A stretch of DNA of 64,000 nt, from positions 96,001 to 160,000 of the forward strand of contig CAVXZB010000023.1 of the NCBI GenBank assembly GCA_963765895.1. The letters run 5' to 3'. The stretch comes from an uncultured Nitrososphaeraceae archaeon. GTDB taxonomy: Archaea > Thermoproteota > Nitrososphaeria > Nitrososphaerales > Nitrososphaeraceae. The translations under genes were made by a program, and so were the position numbers. The notes beneath the pieces were generated by a model. That model was not told the DNA's origin, did no database searches, and saw nothing but the letters and a program-made list of their open reading frames with translations. Of the stretch, positions 12,894 to 23,292 are shown one piece after another (positions within the stretch are counted from its first letter, which is position 1; the number at the start of each line of letters is the position of its first letter).

Positions 12894-13662
12894 TCCTGGG
12901 ACAGTTTATTTTGTTGGATCAGGACCCGGTGATCCTGATCTTATTACATTGAGAGCCAAAGTGTTGGTAGAAACTGCAGATGTGATAGTCTATTCCGGTT
13001 CGCTTTTAAATCCTGAAGTTCTAAAATATGCAAAAAAGGACGCTGAACTCATTGACGCCGCTTTGATCGATAGAGAAAGAATTTACGAAATTCTTAGAGA
13101 TTCGACTAAAAAGGGCAAGCTATCTATACGATTCCATGATGGTGATCCAGCAATATTTAGCACCATAAGGGAACAGATCGATAAACTCGAGAGGGATCAT
13201 ATACAATGTAAAGTAGTTCCAGGGATTACTGCTCTCCTTGGAGCGGCCTCAGAATTGAACACCGAACTTACCGTTCCTGGAATTACACAAACAATCATAA
13301 TTACTAGGGCAGAGTTGAGAACTCCTGTGCCAGATCGCGAGAGTATTAGTGAACTTGGAAGACATGGAGCAACTATTGCTTTTTACCTGAGCATACATTT
13401 GATATCGGAGGTTGTAAATGAGCTACTAAAAGGAGGAACCTATAACTTAGAGACCCCTGCTGCAGTTGTATTCAGGGCTACTTGGAAAGATCAAAAAATA
13501 ATAAGAGGTGAATTGGGCAATATAGTATCAAAAACAAAGGAAGCTAAAATAACAAAAACTGCAGTCTTGATCGTTGGAGGAGCCCTTGCTCCTAGGACAT
13601 ATGAATTTTCAAAAGTTTATGATCCAGATTTCACGCATGGCTTTAGAAAAGCTGTGAATTAG
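12886..13662 (+). CDS. cbiF: (Cobalt-)precorrin-4 C11-methyltransferase
   Basis: GSGPGDPDLIT, YSGSL, HDGDPAIFS..EQ, ELTVPGITQT, SKVYDPDFTHGFR. Confidence 0.95.
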   Translation: MIDPGTVYFVGSGPGDPDLITLRAKVLVETADVIVYSGSLLNPEVLKYAKKDAELIDAALIDRERIYEILRDSTKKGKLSIRFHDGDPAIFSTIREQIDKLERDHIQCKVVPGITALLGAASELNTELTVPGITQTIIITRAELRTPVPDRESISELGRHGATIAFYLSIHLISEVVNELLKGGTYNLETPAAVVFRATWKDQKIIRGELGNIVSKTKEAKITKTAVLIVGGALAPRTYEFSKVYDPDFTHGFRKAVN

Positions 13663-13780
13663 TTTGGTTACCCGATTGGGTATATTTTCAAGTCCTTCTT
13701 GTTAGGTTAAGATTATTTCCTATCAAAGCCAACATAAATTGCGATATATGAGAAGTCTGTTATTATTATGCAGTATCCGT

Positions 13781-13999
13781 TTAGTCATTGATAAAGGATA
13801 TCAAGGACGCGGATATTCTATCGGAGATCGAGAATAAGAAAAAATGAAAACCAAATCCTATTGTCGAACTTATCAGTATATTAGATGTAAGTTGATAACA
13901 GACTATAAATAGTCCTAACGAAGGCAGCGTCAAAGTCAATGCCAGAGCGGTACTAACCCACACCGAGTCTGCTCAGTACTTCTGGAGTAATATTTTCAT
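13781..13999 (-). CDS. Small 2-TM membrane protein (in-frame TGA at 13973-13975)
   Basis: ATG at 13999 reads MKILLQKY*ADSVWVSTALALTLTLPS... Similar to the 14893..15147 product. Confidence 0.6.
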
Positions 14000-14325
14000 A
14001 TTTATTAGAGAAAACAAGTCTAGATCTACCCAAATAGGTTTCAATAATATAAGGTTGCTTAGGACATAATAAGATTAACCTAATAATTCTTATTCTTTAT
14101 ATTTTCATAATTGAATAAAATTATGACATAAACAAGTTATATTGCTGATTCTAAATTCTGGGACAATTTCTGTAGAAATATTATATACTTTCAAAAGATA
14201 TTTGGATATTGTGAAAAAACTACCTAGATAAAATTGCCGGTGAAAAACACGAAAAATTGTATCTGGCTAATAAAATTCATTAAATTTTAGTTAATTTTAT
14301 TTAATAGTCATTAGTTATTAATATA

Positions 14326-14814
14326 ATGCTTCCTTCATTACAAGAGGAGATACTGAATGACAAAAATATCGATATGCTAAATAGGTTTGAAAGAGATGTA
14401 GCTGTTTATGATAAGCTATCTGAACTATCTGCGGCAATGAGTTCTATAAGTATATTGTGTTCTATCTTCATCCCGCTCTTATTATATAACCTTTTTGTTC
14501 GTGGTAATCCATTCAGTGGAATTACCGTTTTTCCCTATCTTTATTGCGTTATCGGAGGTATCTCAATGACCATGCTTATAACCAGATTGGCTATCGTTTA
14601 TGCTGATCGCAAGAAGCATCAAGTATCCAGAACCATATATCGGCCAATTACTGGCTTTTGTATGTGTGACCTGAGTATACTTCGTTCACACGCAAGAAAA
14701 TTGGAACGGGCTAAATCGATGGGGGACAGGTTGAGATACGTTAAACTAATGAATCACTATAGCGAAAATATCCTACGACAGCGGGACAGAATGGAAAAGT
14801 TAGGTATAACATAA
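14326..14814 (+). CDS. Hypothetical membrane protein
   Basis: 162-aa ORF with two TM segments and a CxC motif, preceded by an AT-rich promoter. Confidence 0.7.
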   Translation: MLPSLQEEILNDKNIDMLNRFERDVAVYDKLSELSAAMSSISILCSIFIPLLLYNLFVRGNPFSGITVFPYLYCVIGGISMTMLITRLAIVYADRKKHQVSRTIYRPITGFCMCDLSILRSHARKLERAKSMGDRLRYVKLMNHYSENILRQRDRMEKLGIT

Positions 14815-14892
14815 TAATAAGACCACTCCAGCGAACTTGATTCTTCAAAACTATAGAAAGCAATTGCACTTCATTTTCAGTATATAAAGTGG

Positions 14893-15147
14893 ATGCAATC
14901 AATCTTGAATGATGACTCCAGACCTGTAAAAATGAGTACAGCAAAACTATTTGCATTGTCTACGGTCCTGGCAATTATTATTACGGTTCCAACCATAGCT
15001 CTAACGCTGCTGCTTCATTACATAGTAAAGACAAATATTATAACGACTATGATAATAGGCGTTTTAGTCTTTCTTACTACTATGGGCTTCGGATTCAAAA
15101 TTTCTAAACGGCTAACATCTCACGATAATAATGCGATAGATATGTGA
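14893..15147 (+). CDS. Small 2-TM membrane protein
   Basis: STVLAIIITVPT...GFKISKRL; hydrophobic. Confidence 0.7.
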   Translation: MQSILNDDSRPVKMSTAKLFALSTVLAIIITVPTIALTLLLHYIVKTNIITTMIIGVLVFLTTMGFGFKISKRLTSHDNNAIDM

Positions 15148-15550
15148 AATGCGTAGTAGCATATCGAAAATTAAAGCAGATCCAATATCCATCATTATCG
15201 ACATTCTTGCCGATAACTAATGTTTCGATTCCTAACACGTTAAGCAAATAAACGATACCACAGACTGTAGGAAAGCGATGTGAAAGAAGAATAGTCAATT
15301 ATCGCAATAGGTGTCGGATATGGGTTCAGTTATCCTAAAAAGTCACAAACTGTATGCGCTGTGAATTCGGAATAGGGTTGACAATCCCACTGCATTTCGT
15401 TTAAAGATTCTTGAAAAATTGTAACAGATACTAAAATTAAACTGTTAAATTTTCTTGAAACGACTTCACCAGGTTGTTCTTTTAATGAATGAATGGAACA
15501 TCAGATAACACAAACGCTTAAAAAGCATCGCATTTTAATATTGGTTTACT

Positions 15551-15814
15551 ATGACATTACCAAAAGGATTCGGTCAGCAACCAAAAAATGTTGGGAAAAG
15601 GAGTTTTAACGACTGGTGGGCCACGGTGCCAGACGATCTCAAGACCAAAAGCCGAAAAGGCGACGAACAGAACAAGCCGTTGCTAAATCAAGTTAACTAT
15701 GTTCTCCTACATCTCCATTTGGCTGGAAAACACGACGCGAAGCCCAGTCATGAAGAGTTGAAAGATTGGCTTCACAGTGGCCAAGTTGACGTGCTCCGAA
15801 TGACTAAAAAATAG
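15551..15814 (+). CDS. Conserved thaumarchaeal-type small hypothetical protein
   Basis: Clean 87-aa ORF (MTLPKGFG...HSGQVDV) with TTAAAAA about 30 bp upstream. Confidence 0.8.
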   Translation: MTLPKGFGQQPKNVGKRSFNDWWATVPDDLKTKSRKGDEQNKPLLNQVNYVLLHLHLAGKHDAKPSHEELKDWLHSGQVDVLRMTKK

Positions 15815-16626
15815 GTAAAAACAGTTAGGTATCCTAAACATCATTTCACATTTTTTATATTACATGTAAATTAGATGCAAAGTATTTTTCTAATGGACGA
15901 GGCTTGAAAATAATGGTCTCGTAAAGGTAGATATCGTAAACATACACTCAGTACGGTTCATAAATATTGCTGAATTTTTCGTTAGTAAAAATTGGGTTGT
16001 AGTCGATGACTAACAGAATGACGTTTGTTGCTCAGCAATTCATGTTCTCCTATATTGTAACAGATTAATGATCGAGTATGGGATGAAAGTTTACGGCCGG
16101 GTGAGAACCAACCAACCGTAGCATGGCTGGAATTATTACATTTTCTGGCAGTAGGAAATTCATAAGCTGTTATAATATCTATCCGGAGAATCCTACAGGT
16201 TTATAATCTACGCTCAAGAAAATTGTAAGGAAAATGGTTAGTATTTTGACAATTACAAGCGTGCGAATAAATTCATAAGGCGAATGATCTCCAGTCCATT
16301 CTTGTTGCCTCTAGTATGCAAGTAGAGTGAATATTAATATATTGCAATGAGTTCCATTTAGAGAGGGATGTTAAGGCAGCCAACCCTCAGTAGCTTCCTG
16401 AAACAGTATGACCAGTATATATTATTTTATTGATTTTCGATAGAGTAAAATGGTGTATGAAACTAGAAACTAAACTCTCAAGTCATTTTAAGTAGGGCTA
16501 TATTTGTGACAAATTAATGTAATACTGTTACCCTATCTCTATTTGGACTGTATATTATTGTAAATAGAGTGGAGCAACCATACAAAAGACTTCCACAGTA
16601 AATAGCCCAAGATAATGCTAAGTCTG

Positions 16627-17680
16627 CTATTCAGGTTTGATTAGTCTAGTAAGAATTGTTTCAGGAGGTACCATCTGCTCAATCCCTGCTGCTATGGCAG
16701 ATAAATTTCTAACCTCTATTATCATTAGCTTTATAGCGAGCAACCATAATACCTACACTAAACATAGAGCGAAATGCTCCCAATACCCTACGAACGCTCA
16801 GTCCTTCGAAGTTTGTTTCAAGCTGCAAAATAAATTCGATATCATTTACAGCATTTTGCGGGATGATATCTTTATAAACGGTATTGGCAAGTTCTCCTGC
16901 TGCCTCGGTAATCTTTTCAATGTTTATCATCTTCTGAAGGAGATCATTTGGGACTTTCGGTGTTGTAGTCACTATTAGTTCGCTTATAGCTGTTGAACTC
17001 AGACCCCAAAATTTGCCTCGTAGGATTGCGAGTATATTATAAGAATCTATATCAACTGAGGCAATTTTTTTTGCATCTATAGATTGTGATTCTGCATTCA
17101 TTGCCCTGCCCAAGTCGTGGTAAAAGACGTGGTCCAAATAAATATCAAATAATCTCAAATCGCCTTTTTCTTTATACGCTACTGCAGCTTTAGATGCGTC
17201 TTCATGGAATTCGCTGCCTGCAGTAGCAGATATTGCCTCATCCAGACTCTTAGCAACCAAAGCCTTCACAATAATATCCCTTCTCCCAACGAGCTCTTCA
17301 GCGCGAAGGTTGACCTTAGGCAATAATTCCTCGTAAGACTTTCCCAGGGCCTTTCCTTTCAATACTATCTTTAAATTCCAAATAACATACTTGATAAAAT
17401 ATGCATTCAGAATTCCTGATCCGCCGGTAATATTAACCATTTTGGCATGGCTGTTTACTAAATACTCTCTGAGTGCTCCCTCGATTTTTTCTGCTGTATA
17501 TGGCTTGACCAATTTTGCAAATGCGTCCAAGTAAACAGTGTTCTTTATTCTGGTAACTAACTCGTCGATATCTCTGGATTCAGCAAGAGTTTGTAATTCG
17601 CCTTTCGAAAGCATCCTACCTCTTATACCGTGGGATAGTACTGTCCCGAAGATCTTGGCTGGCATACTAATCTTACTCAT
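16627..17680 (-). CDS. atpC: A-type ATP synthase subunit C (V0 d/AC39 family); frameshift near 16735
   Basis: Long helical protein (WNLKIVLKGK, IDSYNILAILRG). The corrected C-terminus EVRNLSAIAAGIEQ ends at 16627. Confidence 0.88.
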
Positions 17681-17767
17681 ATCAAGTTACTAACTAGAAT
17701 TTTGATATTTTAGCCTATATAAGAATCTTAATTCAATATATATGAATTTGAGAGTTATCGCCTCCCG

Positions 17768-17779
17768 CCCCCCCCCCCC
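17768..17779. repeat. C12 homopolymer inside a GC-rich patch
   Basis: cctcccg-cccccccccccc-gagccg in an otherwise AT-rich intergenic region upstream of atpC. Confidence 0.9.
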
Positions 17780-17814
17780 GAGCCGAAACAAGAAGACGTC
17801 TGATTTGCAAATTT

Positions 17815-18110
17815 TTATAGTGCTATTCGTTGGATGTCTTTTCTTTCTATTGAGGCCCAAGCTCCCATTTCTGATTGATTTTTTCCATCGTGTTTACCCG
17901 TTATTTCGCTCACTACTATCTCACGCGGAGATACTGGGGCCAAACCATGGCTACATACTCTCCAGGTTCCCCAGCTTTGTCGAGACTAGCCAGTCGCATA
18001 CATTCAGATTTAAAACCGTTTGATACCAGTTTTTCTCTAACTTTATCTTCCAGTTGCTTCTGGCCGTGAACAATCAGATAGATAGTTCTAGCAGGATCTA
18101 AGATTACCAT
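17815..18110 (-). CDS. Hypothetical protein (~98 aa; frameshift in a C run near 17940)
   Basis: Adding one base continues MVWP into PVSPREIVVSEITG...MGAWASIERKDIQRIAL*. Confidence 0.7.
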
Positions 18111-18177
18111 ATGTATTTTTCAGACTCAGGTGATACCCTCATAATCTATAAACGTGTTGGTAATGTGAATTGCATTA

Positions 18178-18768
18178 TTGCTCATGAGCATTATAAGCGA
18201 TTCCTACATGAATTTGATCCTTCCAGAAGACATTTCAACCCGAATTAGGGACTTTATAACTGGAGGCCGAGATTTTCCCTACATCGAAGAAAATGAATTA
18301 ATGTGTCTGCTGTTTGTCTATGGCAGAGATCACAGAGTTAAGACCGAGACTGAAGTGAATGAGGCACTCGATCTGGTTGAGCGTACCGTAGCAAATATTA
18401 CTAAAGAAATTGAATATTATAACAATTCAAAAGCAAGGTTCAATACAGAATTCATCAAGAGTAAATATATAAGAAGGGAACTACAGATAGTGCAAGAACA
18501 GCACACCTCCAAACCTCAAATCTGGAACGATCCGACTGTCTTAACTGATTCCTTTGCGCGGCATGTTTCATTCCATAGACAGGAATACTTTTTTCAGGTA
18601 TTTGGGCCATTAAAGGAATCGGAATTACTAACTGAGCTGAGGGCAGATCTTATGAACAGAATAGTGATGGTAGGTTTTAATAGGAGAGATCAGAGTTTTG
18701 TTCCGTTTAAGCATTCATTAGTTCCTGTGTATATTTGGTTCAGGGATAGGCTGAAGTTTAAAGTTTAA
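18178..18768 (+). CDS. Hypothetical protein
   Basis: 196-aa ORF with protein-like composition, divergent from the 18110 gene. Confidence 0.75.
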   Translation: MLMSIISDSYMNLILPEDISTRIRDFITGGRDFPYIEENELMCLLFVYGRDHRVKTETEVNEALDLVERTVANITKEIEYYNNSKARFNTEFIKSKYIRRELQIVQEQHTSKPQIWNDPTVLTDSFARHVSFHRQEYFFQVFGPLKESELLTELRADLMNRIVMVGFNRRDQSFVPFKHSLVPVYIWFRDRLKFKV

Positions 18769-18933
18769 GCATTGGCCAGTTTTAATTCGCTATCCTAACT
18801 TTTAATATCGACTTCTATAATCCGTGTAGTGCATACCCAGTACTATTTCTTGTGTGAAGCAGGGGTGAAAATCACAACAGTTGATTGAGGTCTGGCATAA
18901 CTATATGTACGCAAAAATCGTTCAACAGCAACG

Positions 18934-19731
18934 TTGCTAAATAATCCTATTGCTGTCTTTGATTCAGGTGTGGGCTCTCTCTCGATAATAAAGGAGCTGA
19001 GGAAGGTAATTCCTAGTGAGAATCTGCTTTATTTGGCAGACAAGTCTAACTTTCCGTATGGTGATAAATCACGTAATGATCTACTAGATATTGTACTTCG
19101 GACAATTGATTATCTTCGTCGATACAGACCCAAACTGGTTATTATAGCCTCAAATACGCCCTCGATTCAAATATTAGAAGAGGTTAGGAAAAAAACAGGT
19201 CTCTCAGTCATGGGCGTAAAACCTCCATTGAGACAAGCCTGTACGTTAACAAAGAAAAAGCATATCGGCATCATGACAACTGGAGGAGCTCTGCAAAGTA
19301 ACGAATTGGAATCCTTAATTCGTAAAGAAGTTCCCCAGAACATCTTTATTACTAGGATTAACGCTTCAGCAGCAGTTCAGTTAGTTGAAAATGGAACCTA
19401 CCTAACAAATGAGAAGATGACATTTAAGACGCTCTTGCAGATAGTGGGGGAACACCTTGACGAAAGACTCGACGTTATTACTTTATCCAGCACCCACCTT
19501 CCATTTGTAAAAAATTATCTCGTGGCTCTTTTGCCTACGGTGAAATTTCTCGATCCTGCGAAGATGATGGCCCAGGAGGTAAGGAAATTTCTAAAATTTA
19601 ATAGAATGCTAAGAAAAAGCGGCAATGGGCAATTAGAAATTCAAGTGTCAGATAAAAAAAATGAATTTGAGAGGATACTGCGAATCATGGGTGTACGAGA
19701 GTCAATAAAGGAAGTTTTTCTACCTATTTGA
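18934..19731 (+). CDS. murI: Glutamate racemase (MurI)-like protein with Cys-to-Ser at both catalytic sites
   Basis: IAVFDSGVGSLS, YLAD..NFPYG.K, IIASNT (canonical ACNT), LSSTHLP (canonical LGCTHYP). Confidence 0.9.
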   Translation: MLNNPIAVFDSGVGSLSIIKELRKVIPSENLLYLADKSNFPYGDKSRNDLLDIVLRTIDYLRRYRPKLVIIASNTPSIQILEEVRKKTGLSVMGVKPPLRQACTLTKKKHIGIMTTGGALQSNELESLIRKEVPQNIFITRINASAAVQLVENGTYLTNEKMTFKTLLQIVGEHLDERLDVITLSSTHLPFVKNYLVALLPTVKFLDPAKMMAQEVRKFLKFNRMLRKSGNGQLEIQVSDKKNEFERILRIMGVRESIKEVFLPI

Positions 19732-19792
19732 TATTGGGAGATAAAGACCAAGGTTTTGGATAGGCTTTAAATAATCGATTCTTGATTTTGAG

Positions 19793-19806
19793 TTAGGCAC
19801 ACCTAA
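19793..19806. promoter_or_regulatory. Palindrome TTAGG-N4-CCTAA (DtxR/MntR-like box) over the hydantoinase start site
   Basis: gTTAGGcacaCCTAAc, about 20 bp downstream of TTTAAATA (19766) and just before the start codon. Confidence 0.55.
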
Positions 19807-19812
19807 CGGTTT

Positions 19813-21948
19813 TTGGATATGACAAATAGAATAAGAATAGGAATTGATGTAGGAGGAACTTTTACAAAGGCCGTTGCGTTGGACATTTCCAATTGCAGCG
19901 TTGTTGGTAAAGTCACTGTACCTACCACACATGGTTCTAAAGAGGGAGTGTCAACTGGGATAATTAGAGCACTCACTAACCTTGTGAACCAATGTAACCT
20001 TCAACATTCTCAAATCGAACTGATTGCCCATAGTACAACCCAAGCAGTTAACGCGCTGCTGGAGGGTGACACAGCCAAAGTTGGTATTATTGGTATGGGG
20101 GTTGGTCTTGAAAAATCAAGTGTTATCAGACGTACAAATATTCATGATATAAAATTGGCATCCCATAAATACCTAAAGTCTTGTTATCGATTTTTAGATA
20201 CTTCGAAATATTTGGATGAAAAAGAGGTAACGTCGGCAATCTGTCAACTCAAGAAGGAAGGAGCAGAGGTGCTTGTAGTAAGCGAAGCCTACGGCGTGGA
20301 TGATCCCAGCAACGAAATATTCGTGATGAAAAAATCTGACATTCCATCGACTTCTGGCCATGAGTTAACTGGGATCTACGGCCTTGAAATTCGGACCTTG
20401 ACCGCCGCCATCAATGCTAGCATCTTACCCAAAGCCATGGCCACAGCTGGATTTGTTGAGTCAGCAGGTACGAAACGAGAATATCGTCACTCCTGTTATG
20501 CTGATGAAGGGCGACGGAGGAGTTACCGATATGCAGACATTTCGAAATAGGCCTATTCTTACGGTTTTGTCTGGACCTGCAGCAAGTGTAGCGGGCGCAT
20601 TGCTGCATCTGTCGGTGTTAGATGGTATCTTTATCGAAGTCGGCGGGACATCCACCAATGTCTGCGTTATAAAGGGCGGGAAACCAGAGGTTAACTACGT
20701 AACCATAATGGAACATCCCACTTGTATTCGCTCCCTAGACGTTCGGGTCGCCGGTATAGCAGGTGGTTCTCTAATACGATGGTCTGGAAGAAAAATAACC
20801 GACGTAGGTCCACGTTCAGCACATATAGCAAATCTCCCATATTCTTGTTTCGCAAATCCTGAAGACTTAGAGAACGGTCAAATAATTACCTTCAGACCCA
20901 AGGATGGTGATCCCATTGATTATATTGCTATAGAAACAGGTGGCGCAAATCGCTACGCTATTACGAATACCTGCGCGGCTAACGCGTTGGGACTAATCCC
21001 AAACGGGGATTATGCAATGGCGAATCATAAAGTCTGCTAGGGTTGCTTTGTCAATACTTGCTAACAGAATGGGAATGGAAATGATAGAAGTAGCACAATC
21101 AATTCTTGAGATTTCAGCAAAGAAAATTATCAAAATTATAGAAACTATGGCGAGAGAATACAAATTAAAGTTAGATAGTATTTCGTTGGTCGGCGGAGGA
21201 GGAGGCGCCTCAGTTTTAATACCATTCCTAGCTCGAAAAACTTCAGTTACCGTTTCACATTGCTGAAAATGCAGAGGTCATATCCTCTATAGGAGTAGCG
21301 GCAGCTATGATTAGGGAAGAACGTGAAAGAACAGTCAATAATCCCAATCCAAGCGATATTGCATCATTGGCAGATGAGGTAAAACAATCAGCACTGAATA
21401 GGGGGGTTTCCCCAGAATCGCTTGTTATAGAATCCCAATTTATTAGTGAAAGGTCAGTGTTGCGTGCCATCGCCACTGGTAATGTGAACCTGGATATTGG
21501 TTCATCAAACTCTGAAGTAATCGATGAAGAACAGGCCAGAATACTAGCATGTGAATTATTTGGAATTAATCAGGGCCTTCAGAAATTATACGACATGAAG
21601 AACTATCATGTTTTTGCATGCGAGATCAATAAGAAAAAGTTATTTCTAAAATCAAAGAGGAGGCCAGCTCTGGTACTTGATAACCATGGTCGAGTGAAAT
21701 TATCGATTGATAATGCCTCGATAATTAATGGGAGTCCAGGAGAAGTCGCTAATAAAATTGACACCATGCTTAATCAATCTGAAGAATCAAATAATAATAT
21801 GAATCTAGCCCCCCAGGTCCATTTATTGGACGGCACGAAAATTGTAGATTTCTCGAGCTTAACATCTCGAGATCATGTGTCAAAGGCTATCAGGGATGAA
21901 CTAGAAAAATCCACTAGTGCTCAGATTGTAGCCATTATTAAAATCTGA
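19813..21948 (+). CDS. Hydantoinase/oxoprolinase A-family (actin-like ATPase) protein, split by 3 frameshifts
   Basis: IGIDVGGTFTK, HSTTQAVNAL, RTLTAAINA, LSGPAASVAGA, EVGGTSTN, AGGS, VGGGGG across ORFs 19813..20550, 20414..21040, 21012..21266 and 21307..21948. Confidence 0.9.
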
Positions 21949-22250
21949 CTACATCTGAAATGCAAATTACTTGTCAAATGTTCTGTTTTGGAGTATCGAC
22001 TTATATTGTCAGTCTGGATAAAGTATTTATATAAAATATTCTAACCCTTTCATTTTATTGAGTTTGCAGTTGATCTCCATATTCACTAAATAAAATCACT
22101 AGCATGAAAACATTAATTGCCCCAGATATTCAACTGATTTCGGCCAAAAGTCCTAGAAGAAGTGCCTTCATATTTTTTATAGAGTATTCCCGAGACCGAT
22201 TTGGATATTTCGTAGTAACTTGGGATTCAGTCAGTATGCGAATAAATTAA

Positions 22251-23227
22251 GAGCCTATCCTAAAATTATCCTCCTATAGATAATAATACAAGAGCCTAAA
22301 CATACTACTGCTAAGGCAAAATAGCTTCCTAACTTCTTCTCATACCAACTAAAAGTTTTCTGAACCTGTTATGCCAAGAGTTGGTTCTTTCTACAACCCC
22401 ATCTTCTTTTAGCATGATGACGATGATTATTACCACATTTAATCTTTATAACTGATTGTTCTCCTCTATGTCAAATATGTGATAGATATCCTTTATTGAT
22501 TGATGGACCTCGATCGTTTGAAAGTCATATCCTTTATCAAGATAGATAAAGATTCTGTTTTTCTTTATATGTCCTAGTGATCTTTTAACTACGGTATTAT
22601 TATCCAGCGTGTTTATAGCGGCCTTTCATATCATCATGCGTATTAGCCGCAGTTATAACAACAACAACAATAGATAATGGAAATACCTTGTCCATCAGTT
22701 ATTAATACATGATGACGTTTTGTTCCTAACTATCTTACCTCTGTCTGTAGGATTAGGTCTAATCAGTCATTTCTGCCTGGAGATGCCTTTATCGATATAC
22801 TACTACTACTATCAAGTGATTGTCTCTCTATTGAATTTCTACCTTAGCATCATACACTTTTTTTTAGCAAGTCTAGTCCATAATCTCTCAAATATCTTAT
22901 ATTGACCATTGCTGAAATCGTCTATGATATGTCGAACCTGAACCATACTCCTTTGGCAACATCTATCTTCTATTGACATTGACATTCAATTCTTAAGACA
23001 TTCCAAAAACATATACAATGCAATCAAATACATTCCTAAATGAGACTGCTGCTGTAAGTGAGATGGTATTATTCGGTTTTTCTATTGGAAGATATCAACA
23101 ACCTGGCCTCATTCCATAACGCATCAGGGAATCTTTTGACAGTTAGAAGATACTTGACTTTATCATAAGCGTCACTTACGAACAAAACTCTCACAAGCTA
23201 TACTCTATCTATTTGTGGGATGGGTTC
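22251..23227 (-). mobile_element. Decayed IS5-family (IS1031-like) insertion sequence, ~977 bp
   Basis: Manual minus-strand reading gives broken transposase motifs IPDALWN, KMLPKEYGSGST.HRRFQQW, NPTDRGK..KRH..TDGQG, AANTHD, LDKGYD and VERTNSWHNRFRKL..YEKK. Imperfect TIRs GAGCCTATCC / GGATGGGTTC, each flanked by TAA. Confidence 0.88.
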
Positions 23228-23292
23228 TAACCAACAAATCATCCCTATGAGTCATTAAATAAATATAATTGTCTATAGGTGCAATATAATCA

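Noticed and set aside
13973-13975. In-frame TGA as selenocysteine
   Set aside because: No redox context or SECIS is visible. It is more likely a TGG-to-TGA error or nonsense mutation.
15825-15837. TTAGG-N3-CCTAA after the 87-aa gene
   Set aside because: Spacing is one base short and it lies downstream of a stop codon, not in a promoter.
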